From: a bacterium
GTDB lineage: Bacteria; Bacillota_I; Bacilli_A; RF39; UBA660
Reading direction: 5' to 3'
NCBI GenBank assembly: GCA_019423565.1
Contig: JAHZBE010000008.1
Coordinates: 15,093-79,092, forward strand
Length of the DNA: 64,000 nt
Positions within the stretch are counted from its first letter, which is position 1. Every line of letters starts with the position of its first letter. The translations under genes were made by a program, and so were the position numbers. Below the pieces are notes generated by a model. It worked only from the letters and a program-made list of their open reading frames with translations, was not told the DNA's origin and did not search any database. Positions 47,676 to 56,912 of this stretch are shown here, in pieces.

Positions 47676-48440
47676 ATGAAAAAGCAAAGACTTTTAGTTG
47701 TAGATGATAATATCAGTTTGACACACATGATTAGGGAACATTCAAAAAATAGTAGTAATATAGAAGTATTATATGAAGCACATGATGGTAGTGAAGGATT
47801 GAAAATAATAAAGGATCATTATAATGAAATTGATTTAATTCTATTAGATTTAATTATGCCTAATAAAGACGGAATATATTTATTAGACAAATTAAGAGAA
47901 GAAGATTTACATCCTAATATTATTGTAATCACATCATTTAATACTGATGAGATTATTAAAAGAATAGCATCTTATAATATTAAATATTATTTATTAAAAC
48001 CTTTTGATTTAAATGATTTAGAACAAAGAGTATTAGAAGCAACTGATCAGATACAAATAAAAAGAGGAAAAACAACTTGTGATTATGAACTTAAAATATC
48101 TGTTACTAAGATATTACATGAACTTGGAGTTCCATCACATATAAAAGGATATCAATATATAAGAGAAGGCATAATGCTTCTATATAATAATCCAAGTATT
48201 GTCGGTGGAATAACTAAAGAGTTATATCCAGAGATAGCAAATAGATATGATACGTCTGTATCAAGGGTAGAAAGAGCAATAAGACATGCAATTGAAGTTA
48301 GTTGGAACAGAGGTAATATTGATTTAATGGAAGAAATTTTTGGACATAGTGTTGACTATGACAAAGCAAAACCAACTAATAGTGAATTTATTGTGACAGT
48401 CGCAGACAAGTTAAAACTAGAATTTAGTCATATAAATTAA
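47676..48440 (+). CDS. spo0A: sporulation master regulator Spo0A
   Basis: REC domain (LLVVDDN...[14 protein letters not shown]) plus the Spo0A-specific C-terminus ([19 protein letters not shown]...[24 protein letters not shown]). The ATG at 47676 is preferred over the track start. Confidence 0.93.
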   Translation: MKKQRLLVVDDNISLTHMIREHSKNSSNIEVLYEAHDGSEGLKIIKDHYNEIDLILLDLIMPNKDGIYLLDKLREEDLHPNIIVITSFNTDEIIKRIASYNIKYYLLKPFDLNDLEQRVLEATDQIQIKRGKTTCDYELKISVTKILHELGVPSHIKGYQYIREGIMLLYNNPSIVGGITKELYPEIANRYDTSVSRVERAIRHAIEVSWNRGNIDLMEEIFGHSVDYDKAKPTNSEFIVTVADKLKLEFSHIN

Positions 48441-48461
48441 GATTAGTCTTAATTTTTTTTT
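48437..48461 (+). terminator. weak AT-rich terminator
   Basis: TTAAGA-TTAG-TCTTAA followed by T9. Confidence 0.45.
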
Positions 48462-48531
48462 ATTATTTAAAAAAAAACTTTATTAATATACATTTTTTTG
48501 GTATAATTAAACATGATAGAGTAGGTGTGAT

Positions 48532-49215
48532 ATGAATATAAAAAAAATATTTATTGTATTAATATGCATATTTGCATTTACAGGTTGCACAATTGAATGT
48601 ATAAGCAATAATGATATTAATAATAATCTTGATATTATACTTAATAAAAAAATAAAATATACAAATAAAAATGCTATTGGATATCAATATTATTTACCTA
48701 ATTATATTTCAGATAGAAATGTAAAAGATTTTAATAGAGAATTATATTACAATGGTAATACTTATTATTTATATGCTGATATTGTAAGTTATTATCATAA
48801 AATTAAAAATAATTATAAGGTTAATGATAAGGCATTTTTTTCTAAAAAACTTGATTATAATGGTAAAACAGGATATTTAGAAATTAATCAAAATAAAGAT
48901 AAATACTATATTGAAATGGTGTTTAACTATGCGAAAATAGAAGCGTATGTATCAAAAAGTGATTTAAGTGATTCTGTTTCGTCAATGGCATATGTATTAT
49001 CAAGTATAAAATATAACGAAAATACAATAGAGTCAATTATAGGATCAGGGAAATATGATTTAGGAGAAAATGAAACTTATAATATATTCGAATCTAAAAA
49101 GACTACGGATGGTAACTTTTTAGATTGGGTAAATGAATATGATAACTATAATGGAGATAGTTCATCTTCTAATAATTTAATAGAACAAGATGAAAATTCT
49201 TCATCCAATGAATAA
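48532..49215 (+). CDS. putative lipoprotein
   Basis: Signal with lipobox AFTGC. Confidence 0.55.
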   Translation: MNIKKIFIVLICIFAFTGCTIECISNNDINNNLDIILNKKIKYTNKNAIGYQYYLPNYISDRNVKDFNRELYYNGNTYYLYADIVSYYHKIKNNYKVNDKAFFSKKLDYNGKTGYLEINQNKDKYYIEMVFNYAKIEAYVSKSDLSDSVSSMAYVLSSIKYNENTIESIIGSGKYDLGENETYNIFESKKTTDGNFLDWVNEYDNYNGDSSSSNNLIEQDENSSSNE

Positions 49216-49226
49216 GGAGGACAAGT

Positions 49227-50021
49227 ATGGGATTGTTTGATAAAGTTAAAAATTTTTTCTATGACGAGGAGGATTATGGGGAATATGATGAACCAGAAGA
49301 AGTAAAAAAAAGTGAAAAAGAAAAAATTCAACCTTCTTATAATAAAAATGAAGTAAGAAAAAGAGAAAAGAGATATGATGATAAAAAAAATGAGGAAGTT
49401 TCAGAAAGAGAATTATTTAGAGCAGACTCTACTTTTAATTTTCCTATGGATTTAGATGATACAATATATGAAAAAAGTATTTCAACTGACTCATTAAAAA
49501 CTATAAAAGAAGAAAAAAAAGTTGAAGTTCAAAGTGATAAATATAAATCAACTACAGCATACAAAAAAAGAACTTATCCAACTGAAAAAATAAATTCTAA
49601 TAAACAAGATAAAAAATTTACACCAACTCCAATTATTTCACCAATATATGGAGTGTTAGATAAAAATTATAAAAAAGAAGATGTATCTTTAGATAGTCCA
49701 ATCAGTAGAAATGAAACTAGAAAACTTGATTATGATTCGGTAATGAGAAAGGCAATGAAACAACAAATAGAAGAAGATAAAGGAATATTTTTTAATTTAG
49801 ATGAATCAAAAGATGAAGAAACAGAAGATGAAGTTAAAATAGTTTATAATGATGTATTAACTGATGATAAAATGGACATAAATAATGATAGTGCTAAAAA
49901 TGATAAACCGACAATTGATGATGATAATATTTTATCTGAAACAAAGGAACAGGATCTGTTTAATTTAATTGATAATATGTATAGTTCAGATGATGACGAT
50001 GAGGAGGATGATGAAGAATGA
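49227..50021 (+). CDS. hypothetical highly charged protein, 264 aa
   Basis: RBS AAGGAGG. MGLFDKVKNFFYDEEDYGEYDEPEE..., motif PTPIISPIYGVL, and a poly-acidic C-terminus. Confidence 0.5.
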   Translation: MGLFDKVKNFFYDEEDYGEYDEPEEVKKSEKEKIQPSYNKNEVRKREKRYDDKKNEEVSERELFRADSTFNFPMDLDDTIYEKSISTDSLKTIKEEKKVEVQSDKYKSTTAYKKRTYPTEKINSNKQDKKFTPTPIISPIYGVLDKNYKKEDVSLDSPISRNETRKLDYDSVMRKAMKQQIEEDKGIFFNLDESKDEETEDEVKIVYNDVLTDDKMDINNDSAKNDKPTIDDDNILSETKEQDLFNLIDNMYSSDDDDEEDDEE

Positions 50022-50302
50022 TGATGTCTTTAGAAAGTATTCTTCTTGTGTTTATTTATATACTATTGATAGTATTATTAATACTACTTATTATGCTTGC
50101 ATATAAATTGATTAAGACAACAGAAAAAATTACAAATGTTGTTGATGACATAAATGGTAAAGTAAAAACACTTGATGGTGTATTTTCTATAGTAGATAGA
50201 TTTGATAGTAGTTTATCTATAATAGGAGATAGAATTATTGAATCAATACTTAACCTTTTTAGCAAAATATTTAATAAAAAGAAAGATGAGGAGGAAAAAT
50301 AA
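50018..50302 (+). CDS. small membrane protein, DUF948/YtxG-like
   Basis: N-terminal TM, then a helical region. Lies directly upstream of a YtxH-like gene, as in the B. subtilis ytxGH operon (from memory). Confidence 0.45.
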   Translation: MMMSLESILLVFIYILLIVLLILLIMLAYKLIKTTEKITNVVDDINGKVKTLDGVFSIVDRFDSSLSIIGDRIIESILNLFSKIFNKKKDEEEK

Positions 50303-50303
50303 T

Positions 50304-50708
50304 ATGAGTAAAAAAGGAACAGGAAAATTAATTTTAGGAGCTGGTTTAGGAGCTGGGTTAGCACTTTTATTCGCACCAAAGAAAGGCGCTGAATTAAGAG
50401 AAGATTTAAAATGTAAAATTAACGAATTAGTTAATAAGGCAAAGGAAGTAGATACTGACGAAGTAAAAGAAAATTTAGAAAATAAAATTGCTGATATAAA
50501 GGAAGAATTAGAAGATTTAGATAAAGAAAAGGTAAAAAAAATAGCTGAAAAAAAGATAGAACAACTAAAAAAGAAAACAGATGAATTAGTTGAGTATGCT
50601 AAAGAAAAAGGTACTCCAGTACTTGAAAAAGCTGCTAAAGATGTTAAAAAACAAGCAGCAAATGTTTGTAAAGAAATTTTAAAAAAATTAGAAAACGATA
50701 GCGAATAA
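50304..50708 (+). CDS. YtxH-domain protein
   Basis: The ATG at 50304 follows GAGGAGGAAAA. KGTGKLILGAGLGAGLALLFAPKKGAELREDL..., then a Lys/Glu-rich helix. Confidence 0.65.
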   Translation: MSKKGTGKLILGAGLGAGLALLFAPKKGAELREDLKCKINELVNKAKEVDTDEVKENLENKIADIKEELEDLDKEKVKKIAEKKIEQLKKKTDELVEYAKEKGTPVLEKAAKDVKKQAANVCKEILKKLENDSE

Positions 50709-50804
50709 TTTGCTATTTTTTTCTACCCAAAATATTAAAAATATATTTAATATTTTATTAAAATAGTTTATAATAAATGTATATAATGAATTGGAGCTGT
50801 TTGT

Positions 50805-51737
50805 ATGGATAATGAAAATTTAGGAGTTTTTTTTGCTGGAAACTATTTACTTCAAGGTAATCAATTTGAAAAGTGCAGAAAAGCTGCAAAATTAAATGCT
50901 GGATGCATGGAGTTAGTAGCAAAAACAGACAAAATAAACTATGATATAAAAAGTATCAACAATTTAAAAGACAATTATAAAGGAAATATATTTTTTCATT
51001 TACCTTCTGTTAATCCAGATTTATCTAATTTGAAGATTATTAATGAAATTGCAAGAAATTTAAAACTAAGTGGAATAGAACTTGTCACAATTAACGCATC
51101 TAATTTATCTTTAGATTTATTTGAATGGTCAACATTAGAAGAACAGAAAAAATACTTCTTAAATATTGTAACTTCCATCGCAACTATCGCATCTAATAAA
51201 ATTGAAGTAGCTATAGATAATATGCTATACCAAGAAGGTAATTCTGTTTTTGGATGTAATATTTCTCAAATAACAGATGTAATAGTATATTCAAGAAAAA
51301 TGCTTATAAAAGATTTTGGATTTAGAGAGTCAGAAACTGAAAAATATATTGGTCTTGCTTTAAATATTGACAATATTGACACAAATAGTGATAGAGAAAA
51401 ACTTGGAAACTGGCTTGAAGTATATAGAGATTCAATAAAATGTATTAAAATAAGTGATACAAATAAAATAGATGATATTAATCTTATATTAGACTATAGT
51501 AAAAATAGAAATACTAAAATTTTATTAAAAACAAAATCTGATTTAGATGAAATTGATACAGAATATTATAATCTATTAAATTATGTTAATAAAGATGAGA
51601 GTATGTATATAAGTGTTGATAAACAAAGCGTTTCTGAAATAAAAAGAAACAAGAAATATTCTAATTATATTATAATAGGTATAATAGTTATAACAGTAGT
51701 AATTTTATACTTAATGTTAATATATAAACTTCGATAA
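50805..51737 (+). CDS. hypothetical tail-anchored protein, 310 aa
   Basis: Soluble ~280-aa domain, then a single C-terminal TM (YIIIGIIVITVVILYLMLI). Confidence 0.45.
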   Translation: MDNENLGVFFAGNYLLQGNQFEKCRKAAKLNAGCMELVAKTDKINYDIKSINNLKDNYKGNIFFHLPSVNPDLSNLKIINEIARNLKLSGIELVTINASNLSLDLFEWSTLEEQKKYFLNIVTSIATIASNKIEVAIDNMLYQEGNSVFGCNISQITDVIVYSRKMLIKDFGFRESETEKYIGLALNIDNIDTNSDREKLGNWLEVYRDSIKCIKISDTNKIDDINLILDYSKNRNTKILLKTKSDLDEIDTEYYNLLNYVNKDESMYISVDKQSVSEIKRNKKYSNYIIIGIIVITVVILYLMLIYKLR

Positions 51738-51804
51738 TTTGACTATAGTAGTAAAATATGTTATTATTAATTTGCTTCGCTAATTACAAATGAGGTGAAA
51801 AGTT

Positions 51805-52437
51805 GTGAAAAAATTTCGATTAATTAATGAGAAAGTAATGACTGTATTTTTATGTTCGATGATTACATTATTTGCTTTTTCAAGTTTTTTATCGAATGTT
51901 GATAAAGAAGTTTTAGGTAATATTTTTTCTTCTGTTGGTATGATTGAGGAAGAAGCAAAAGAAGAATTTGTGGATACTATATCAGAATTAAGTAAAGAAA
52001 ATAATGTTACAAAAAGAGTAATTGTATATGATGGCATGACAATGAGTGAACTTACTGAAAAATTAAATAGATCACTTAAGTCTACAATTGCTGGTAAAGG
52101 TGATATATTTGCATCTTATTCTTTAGAAAGAGGTGTAGATCCATATTTAGCAGTTAGTATTATGCTTTTAGAAACAGGATGTAATTGGTCTTGTAGTTCG
52201 CTTATGAGAAAGTGTAATAATGTTGGTGGACAAAAAGGTTCTCCATCTTGTGATGGTGGTTCATATAAATCATATCCAAGTTTAGATGAAGGTATAAAAG
52301 GATTTATTGATAATATTGCAGACAATTATTATGCATATGGATTAACAACACCAGAAGCAATGAATAAGAAGTATGCAGCAAGTAATATGTGGGCAATTAA
52401 AGTTAATAATTATATTTCATCAGTAAAAGCAAAATAG
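51805..52437 (+). CDS. glucosaminidase-domain peptidoglycan hydrolase
   Basis: GTG start after GAGGTGA. Signal/anchor, then ERGVDPYLAVSIMLLETG...NNVGGQKG...YKSYPSLDEGIKGFIDNI. Confidence 0.7.
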   Translation: MKKFRLINEKVMTVFLCSMITLFAFSSFLSNVDKEVLGNIFSSVGMIEEEAKEEFVDTISELSKENNVTKRVIVYDGMTMSELTEKLNRSLKSTIAGKGDIFASYSLERGVDPYLAVSIMLLETGCNWSCSSLMRKCNNVGGQKGSPSCDGGSYKSYPSLDEGIKGFIDNIADNYYAYGLTTPEAMNKKYAASNMWAIKVNNYISSVKAK

Positions 52438-52460
52438 GACTTATAAAGGTCCTATTTTTT
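52431..52460 (+). terminator. rho-independent terminator
   Basis: AAAATAGGAC-(8 nt)-GTCCTATTTT plus a T-run. Confidence 0.75.
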
Positions 52461-52465
52461 ATGTA

Positions 52466-52492
52466 ACAAAAAAACCTAGATAGTTCTAGGTT
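52466..52492 (-). terminator. rho-independent terminator of rpsD
   Basis: Minus strand AACCTAGA-ACTA-TCTAGGTT followed by TTTTT. Confidence 0.75.
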
Positions 52493-52496
52493 CTTA

Positions 52497-53099
52497 TTAT
52501 CTACTATAGAATTCAACGATTAATGCTTCGTTTATATCTGAGCTAAGTTCGCTTCTTTCTGGTAATCTAACATATGTACCTTCAAGTTTATTCTTATCGA
52601 AAGTAACAAATTCAACAGTATTATTGATAGCTTCTAAAGCTTCTTTAATAGCTTTATGATCTTTTGATGATTCTTTAACACTAATTACATCACCAGGTTT
52701 AACCATATATGAAGGAATATCAACTTTTTTACCATTTACTAAGATATGTCCATGGTTAACGATTTGTCTTGCACCTCTTCTTGTTCTAGAAAGTCCCATT
52801 CTATAAACTATGTTATCTAATCTACTTTCAAGAAGTCTTAAGAAGTTTTCACCATGAATACCTTGCATTTTACCAGCTTTATTAAATAATAGTCTGAATT
52901 GTTTTTCGTTTAAACCATAAGTGAATTTAACTTTTTGTTTTTCATTTAATTGGATAGAGTAGTTAGAAGCTTTTGCTTTTCTATCTTGTCCATGTTGACC
53001 AGGTTTATATGGTCTTTTAGCTAAATCCTTACCATTTTCAAGTGTTGAGAAACCAACTCTACGACTTTTCTTATTAGCAGGTCCTGTGTATCTTGACAT
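52497..53099 (-). CDS. rpsD: 30S ribosomal protein S4
   Basis: [18 protein letters not shown]..., 200 aa. Confidence 0.96.
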   Translation of the reverse strand: MSRYTGPANKKSRRVGFSTLENGKDLAKRPYKPGQHGQDRKAKASNYSIQLNEKQKVKFTYGLNEKQFRLLFNKAGKMQGIHGENFLRLLESRLDNIVYRMGLSRTRRGARQIVNHGHILVNGKKVDIPSYMVKPGDVISVKESSKDHKAIKEALEAINNTVEFVTFDKNKLEGTYVRLPERSELSSDINEALIVEFYSR

Positions 53100-53279
53100 T
53101 TTCCTTTTCCTCCTTTACTAGATTTCAAACCTTTGGTATCTTGCTCGCCAATATATAGGGTGTTATATTTTAATACTTTCCATCGTGCGTAGCTTTTAAA
53201 AGGGCACGGTACTAATAATACTTTTCGTATATAACGCATTACATATTTCAAGTAAGTGCTACAAAATGTTTGCACGTAT
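53100..53279 (-). promoter_or_regulatory. rpsD 5' leader (candidate S4 autoregulatory region)
   Basis: About 170 nt between the strong promoter and the RBS, relatively GC-rich. rpsD is autoregulated through its leader in B. subtilis (established knowledge). Confidence 0.45.
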
Positions 53280-53307
53280 ATTATAACACAAAAAAAATAA
53301 TAGTCAA
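53280..53307 (-). promoter_or_regulatory. sigma-A promoter of rpsD with extended -10
   Basis: Minus strand TTGACT (53307..53302), a 16-nt spacer ending in TGT, then TATAAT (53285..53280). Confidence 0.7.
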
Positions 53308-53399
53308 ATACAATATTAATAAATAAAATGCAAAAAACGTAGAAATAAGTTTTAAAATACATTATTTTGTGTTAAAATGTAAATAATAGAGGTGGTATT

Positions 53400-55112
53400 G
53401 TGAATAAGACGCTTATAATTTTTACAATTTATATAGTAACTATTATTTTGTTAATTGTTATCTTTGTACTCAGAAATTCAAAACAAAACAAAAAATTAAC
53501 ACAAGCTATTAGTGAGTTAGAAAAAGAAAAAAACTTAATCATTAACGCCCCAATATTAAATGAATTATCTAAAGTTGAAGCACTTGTAAAAGATGATAAG
53601 TTAAAATATAAATATGATAATTGGCAACGTAAATTTGATGATATAAGAAATATTTATATACCAAAAATAACTGATATGCTCCTAGAGGCTGATGATTTAG
53701 TATCTAGAAAAAAATATAAAGAGTTAAGACTTCTACTTGCGGATATAGAGCTTAAGATATATAAACTTAGAGAAAAGACAAATAAATTGTTATCCGAAAT
53801 AAAAGAAATAACATTAAGTGAAGAAAAAAATAGAAATCAAATTGTTAAGTTAAAAAATAAATATAGAGGAATAAAACAAGATTATGAAAAAAATAAAGCT
53901 GATTATAAACCTATTAATAGCCAAATAGAACTTCAATTTGAAAATATCGAAAAAAGATTTCAAGAATTTGAAATTGTAATGGAAAAGAAAGATTATGATG
54001 AGATAAATTATTTGGTAAAAGGTATTACTGAAATGATTGATCATATTGAATATGTTGTTAAAGAAGTTCCAGCAATACTTATTATGTGTAATGAACTTAT
54101 TCCAAGTAAAATTGCTGATATAACAAATATATATATAAAAATGACAAGAAATTTATATCAGCTGGATTATTTAAATGTTGAATATAATGTAAAAGAAACA
54201 GAAAAGAAAGTAAAAGATATATTAGATAGAGTAAAAGTATTAAATTTAGAAGATGTTGTATTTGAACTTAAGACAATAGTTACATATTATGATTCATTAT
54301 ATAATGATTTTGAATATGAAAAGCTATGTAAGAAAACATTTGAATCTAATGTTAAATCTTTTAAAGCAAAATTAGTTAGAACAAATCAAATTATAAATAA
54401 TTTAATGTCACAATTAGATTCTTTAAAAGAAACATATGATTTATCAAAAGATGATGTCAATAGACTTCATGTAATAAATACGGAAGTAAGAAAACTTAAA
54501 GATAATTATAATAATTTAATGGACTGTAGTAAAAACCATACTTTTCCATATTCGAAACTTGTAAAGGAATTAGATATTTTAGTTATAAAAATTTCAAAAC
54601 TAGAAGAATCATTAAATTATGATTTAAAAACAATTGGAAGTATGAAGGAAGATGAAGTAAGAGCAAGAGAACAGTTAGATAATATTAAAAATTTACTTAA
54701 AAAATCAAAAAATAGAATTAGACTTTATAATATTCCTGTTATACCAGATAATTATTTTGTAGAACTACAAGATGCATCAGATGCAATTAAAGAAATTCAA
54801 AAAGAACTTAATAAGAAACCAATAAATATTGAAACACTTAATATAAGGGTAGATACAGCAAGAGATTTAGTATTTAAGGTATTTAATACAACAAATAGCT
54901 TACTTAAAACAATAGTTATGCTAGAAGAAACTTTTGTTTATGGTAATAGGTATAGAAGTTATAAAGAAAAAGTAAATGAAGGACTTATAATTGCAGAAAA
55001 ATTATTCTTTAAGGGTGAATATAAAAAAGCTCTAGAAGTAACTATGAATGCGATTGATTATGTAGAACCAGGTATACATAACAAAATAATGAAAGCTTAT
55101 AATGAGGTATGA
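53400..55112 (+). CDS. ezrA: septation ring formation regulator EzrA
   Basis: 570 aa with a single N-terminal TM and a long coiled-coil/spectrin-like repeat region. Divergent from rpsD, as in staphylococci and Bacillus (from memory). GTG start after GAGGTGG. Confidence 0.75.
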   Translation: MNKTLIIFTIYIVTIILLIVIFVLRNSKQNKKLTQAISELEKEKNLIINAPILNELSKVEALVKDDKLKYKYDNWQRKFDDIRNIYIPKITDMLLEADDLVSRKKYKELRLLLADIELKIYKLREKTNKLLSEIKEITLSEEKNRNQIVKLKNKYRGIKQDYEKNKADYKPINSQIELQFENIEKRFQEFEIVMEKKDYDEINYLVKGITEMIDHIEYVVKEVPAILIMCNELIPSKIADITNIYIKMTRNLYQLDYLNVEYNVKETEKKVKDILDRVKVLNLEDVVFELKTIVTYYDSLYNDFEYEKLCKKTFESNVKSFKAKLVRTNQIINNLMSQLDSLKETYDLSKDDVNRLHVINTEVRKLKDNYNNLMDCSKNHTFPYSKLVKELDILVIKISKLEESLNYDLKTIGSMKEDEVRAREQLDNIKNLLKKSKNRIRLYNIPVIPDNYFVELQDASDAIKEIQKELNKKPINIETLNIRVDTARDLVFKVFNTTNSLLKTIVMLEETFVYGNRYRSYKEKVNEGLIIAEKLFFKGEYKKALEVTMNAIDYVEPGIHNKIMKAYNEV

Positions 55113-55116
55113 TAAA

Positions 55117-55974
55117 ATGGATAAATATGAAAAAGTTTTGAGTGATTTGGAAAAAGATGCTCGTATGAAGATAGAAGTTAAATATGATGTACATAAAAAT
55201 GTATCAAATAAACTATATGAACTAGATGAAGGTTTTGTGGATGATTTTTGTACTGAAAATTATCAAAATGAAAAAAGAACCAAACGAAATAAAAAAATTA
55301 ACATAAAAAAAAGAAATTTTAAAAGTAAAAAAATAAGTTCTAGTTTAAAAAAAACTATAATTTCATTTGCTATCATAGGAAGCACTTTAGCATCAGCAAC
55401 AGGAGCATTAGTATCGTATAACAGAGGATTTGAAAATGGACAAGAAGATATGGTACAATCAATTTTAACTGATACATTGAGACAATACAATCTTAATGAT
55501 GCACCTTCAATATTGATAGATAAATGGGCAGATTGTGAAATAGATAGTTTTGAAAAGGCTGCTGATAGAGCAAATAATGAGGGTAATTTTGTTCCAAAAG
55601 ATAATTATGAATCAATTGTGAGAAATGAATATGCAGATGTGAAAAGAAATTATTCAAATTATCTTGAAACAGGTAATGAAGAATATAATAAAGCTATGAG
55701 AGAAGCTGCAAAAACATTCCTTAAAAAGATCAATTCACTTTGTCCAAATAATAATTTTGAGTTTGAAAAATCTAAGTTGGCTTATGCTATTATGGTTGAT
55801 CCAGAAGGAAATATAATAACAAGTGAAACAATGGATTCCAATCTTGAAATCTATGAATTAGTTGGATATAATACAAGTAACATAATAAAAAATGGTGAAA
55901 TTAAATATGGTGATGCAGTTTATAAAAAATATGATAATAATGAAGTTGTTCAAGAATTTAGTTTAAGAAAGTGA
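55117..55974 (+). CDS. hypothetical bitopic membrane protein
   Basis: Track ORF from 55102. The ATG at 55117 has GAGGT 8 nt upstream. Basic stretch, then TM (IISFAIIGSTLASATGALV). Confidence 0.45.
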   Translation: MDKYEKVLSDLEKDARMKIEVKYDVHKNVSNKLYELDEGFVDDFCTENYQNEKRTKRNKKINIKKRNFKSKKISSSLKKTIISFAIIGSTLASATGALVSYNRGFENGQEDMVQSILTDTLRQYNLNDAPSILIDKWADCEIDSFEKAADRANNEGNFVPKDNYESIVRNEYADVKRNYSNYLETGNEEYNKAMREAAKTFLKKINSLCPNNNFEFEKSKLAYAIMVDPEGNIITSETMDSNLEIYELVGYNTSNIIKNGEIKYGDAVYKKYDNNEVVQEFSLRK

Positions 55975-56019
55975 GTAATCATTTTCTTTTTTTTTCATAA
56001 AATTAATTAGGTGATTAAC

Positions 56020-56862
56020 ATGCTAAAGAAAATATTAAAGGTATCTGCAGTCTTATTGTTAGTAGGATTTAGTTTCTTTTATACTGAAAAAGTAACAATT
56101 ATCGCTAGAAATTCCGATCCTATAATGAGAGCTATTAAAGAAGAAGGAAAAGATAAAAAAATATCAAATGTAAATCCAATTGTAAATAAAGATGAATATA
56201 AAACTGGTATAAATGGCTGTGAGATAGATGTTGATGAAAGTTATAGCAAAATGAGAAGCGTTGGCGAGTTTAAAGAAGAATTAATCGTCATGAAAGAGGT
56301 TTCAAATGATAAAGATTTAACAAATAAATATGTAATTGGTGGAAATAACAAAGATAAAAAAGTTTCATTGATATTTTTTGTTAACAAAGATATAAATAGT
56401 GATTTAACTAATTATATAAATGAAAAAGATATAAAAGTAAATTATTTTATAGATGGTAAATATTTAGAAGAAAATTTAATTACAGTAAAATTTTTGTCAG
56501 AAAATAATAATATATATTATTTAGGAATGGACGATAAATATAGTGATGAATATATGCTTTATCATAATAATTTAATAGGCATGAATGGTACTAACGAATC
56601 AAAATACTGTTTTACAAATGATAAAAATAATGAAACTCTAAAAATATGTAATGATTATAATATGACTACAATTAAATCAGATATTATTAAGGATAATGTT
56701 TATAAAACTATTAAAGATAAACTAAATAATGGTGTAATATTTGCAGTTGATTCAGATAATATAGATGAAATTAAAGTATCAATTAATTATATACTATCAA
56801 AAGGATATAATATTGTGTCATTAGAAGATTTATTATCAGAAAAAAATGATTGTAATATGTAG
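56020..56862 (+). CDS. hypothetical N-terminally anchored protein (possibly degenerate NodB/polysaccharide-deacetylase-like)
   Basis: The ATG at 56020 follows AGGTGA. TM, then a domain with VSLIFFVNKD where deacetylases have TFDDG. The assignment is weak. Confidence 0.35.
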   Translation: MLKKILKVSAVLLLVGFSFFYTEKVTIIARNSDPIMRAIKEEGKDKKISNVNPIVNKDEYKTGINGCEIDVDESYSKMRSVGEFKEELIVMKEVSNDKDLTNKYVIGGNNKDKKVSLIFFVNKDINSDLTNYINEKDIKVNYFIDGKYLEENLITVKFLSENNNIYYLGMDDKYSDEYMLYHNNLIGMNGTNESKYCFTNDKNNETLKICNDYNMTTIKSDIIKDNVYKTIKDKLNNGVIFAVDSDNIDEIKVSINYILSKGYNIVSLEDLLSEKNDCNM

Positions 56863-56885
56863 AATCTTTTTAGATTCTTTTTTTT
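56861..56885 (+). terminator. rho-independent terminator
   Basis: AGAATC-TTTTTA-GATTCT followed by T7. Confidence 0.65.
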
Positions 56886-56912
56886 GTGGTATACTTTTCT
56901 TGGTGATTACTT

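Noticed and set aside
53021-53362. 113-aa minus-strand ORF spanning the rpsD 5' end and leader.
   Set aside because: It overlaps the rpsD promoter, leader and start in another frame, and its translation is implausible. The region is better explained as a promoter plus untranslated leader.
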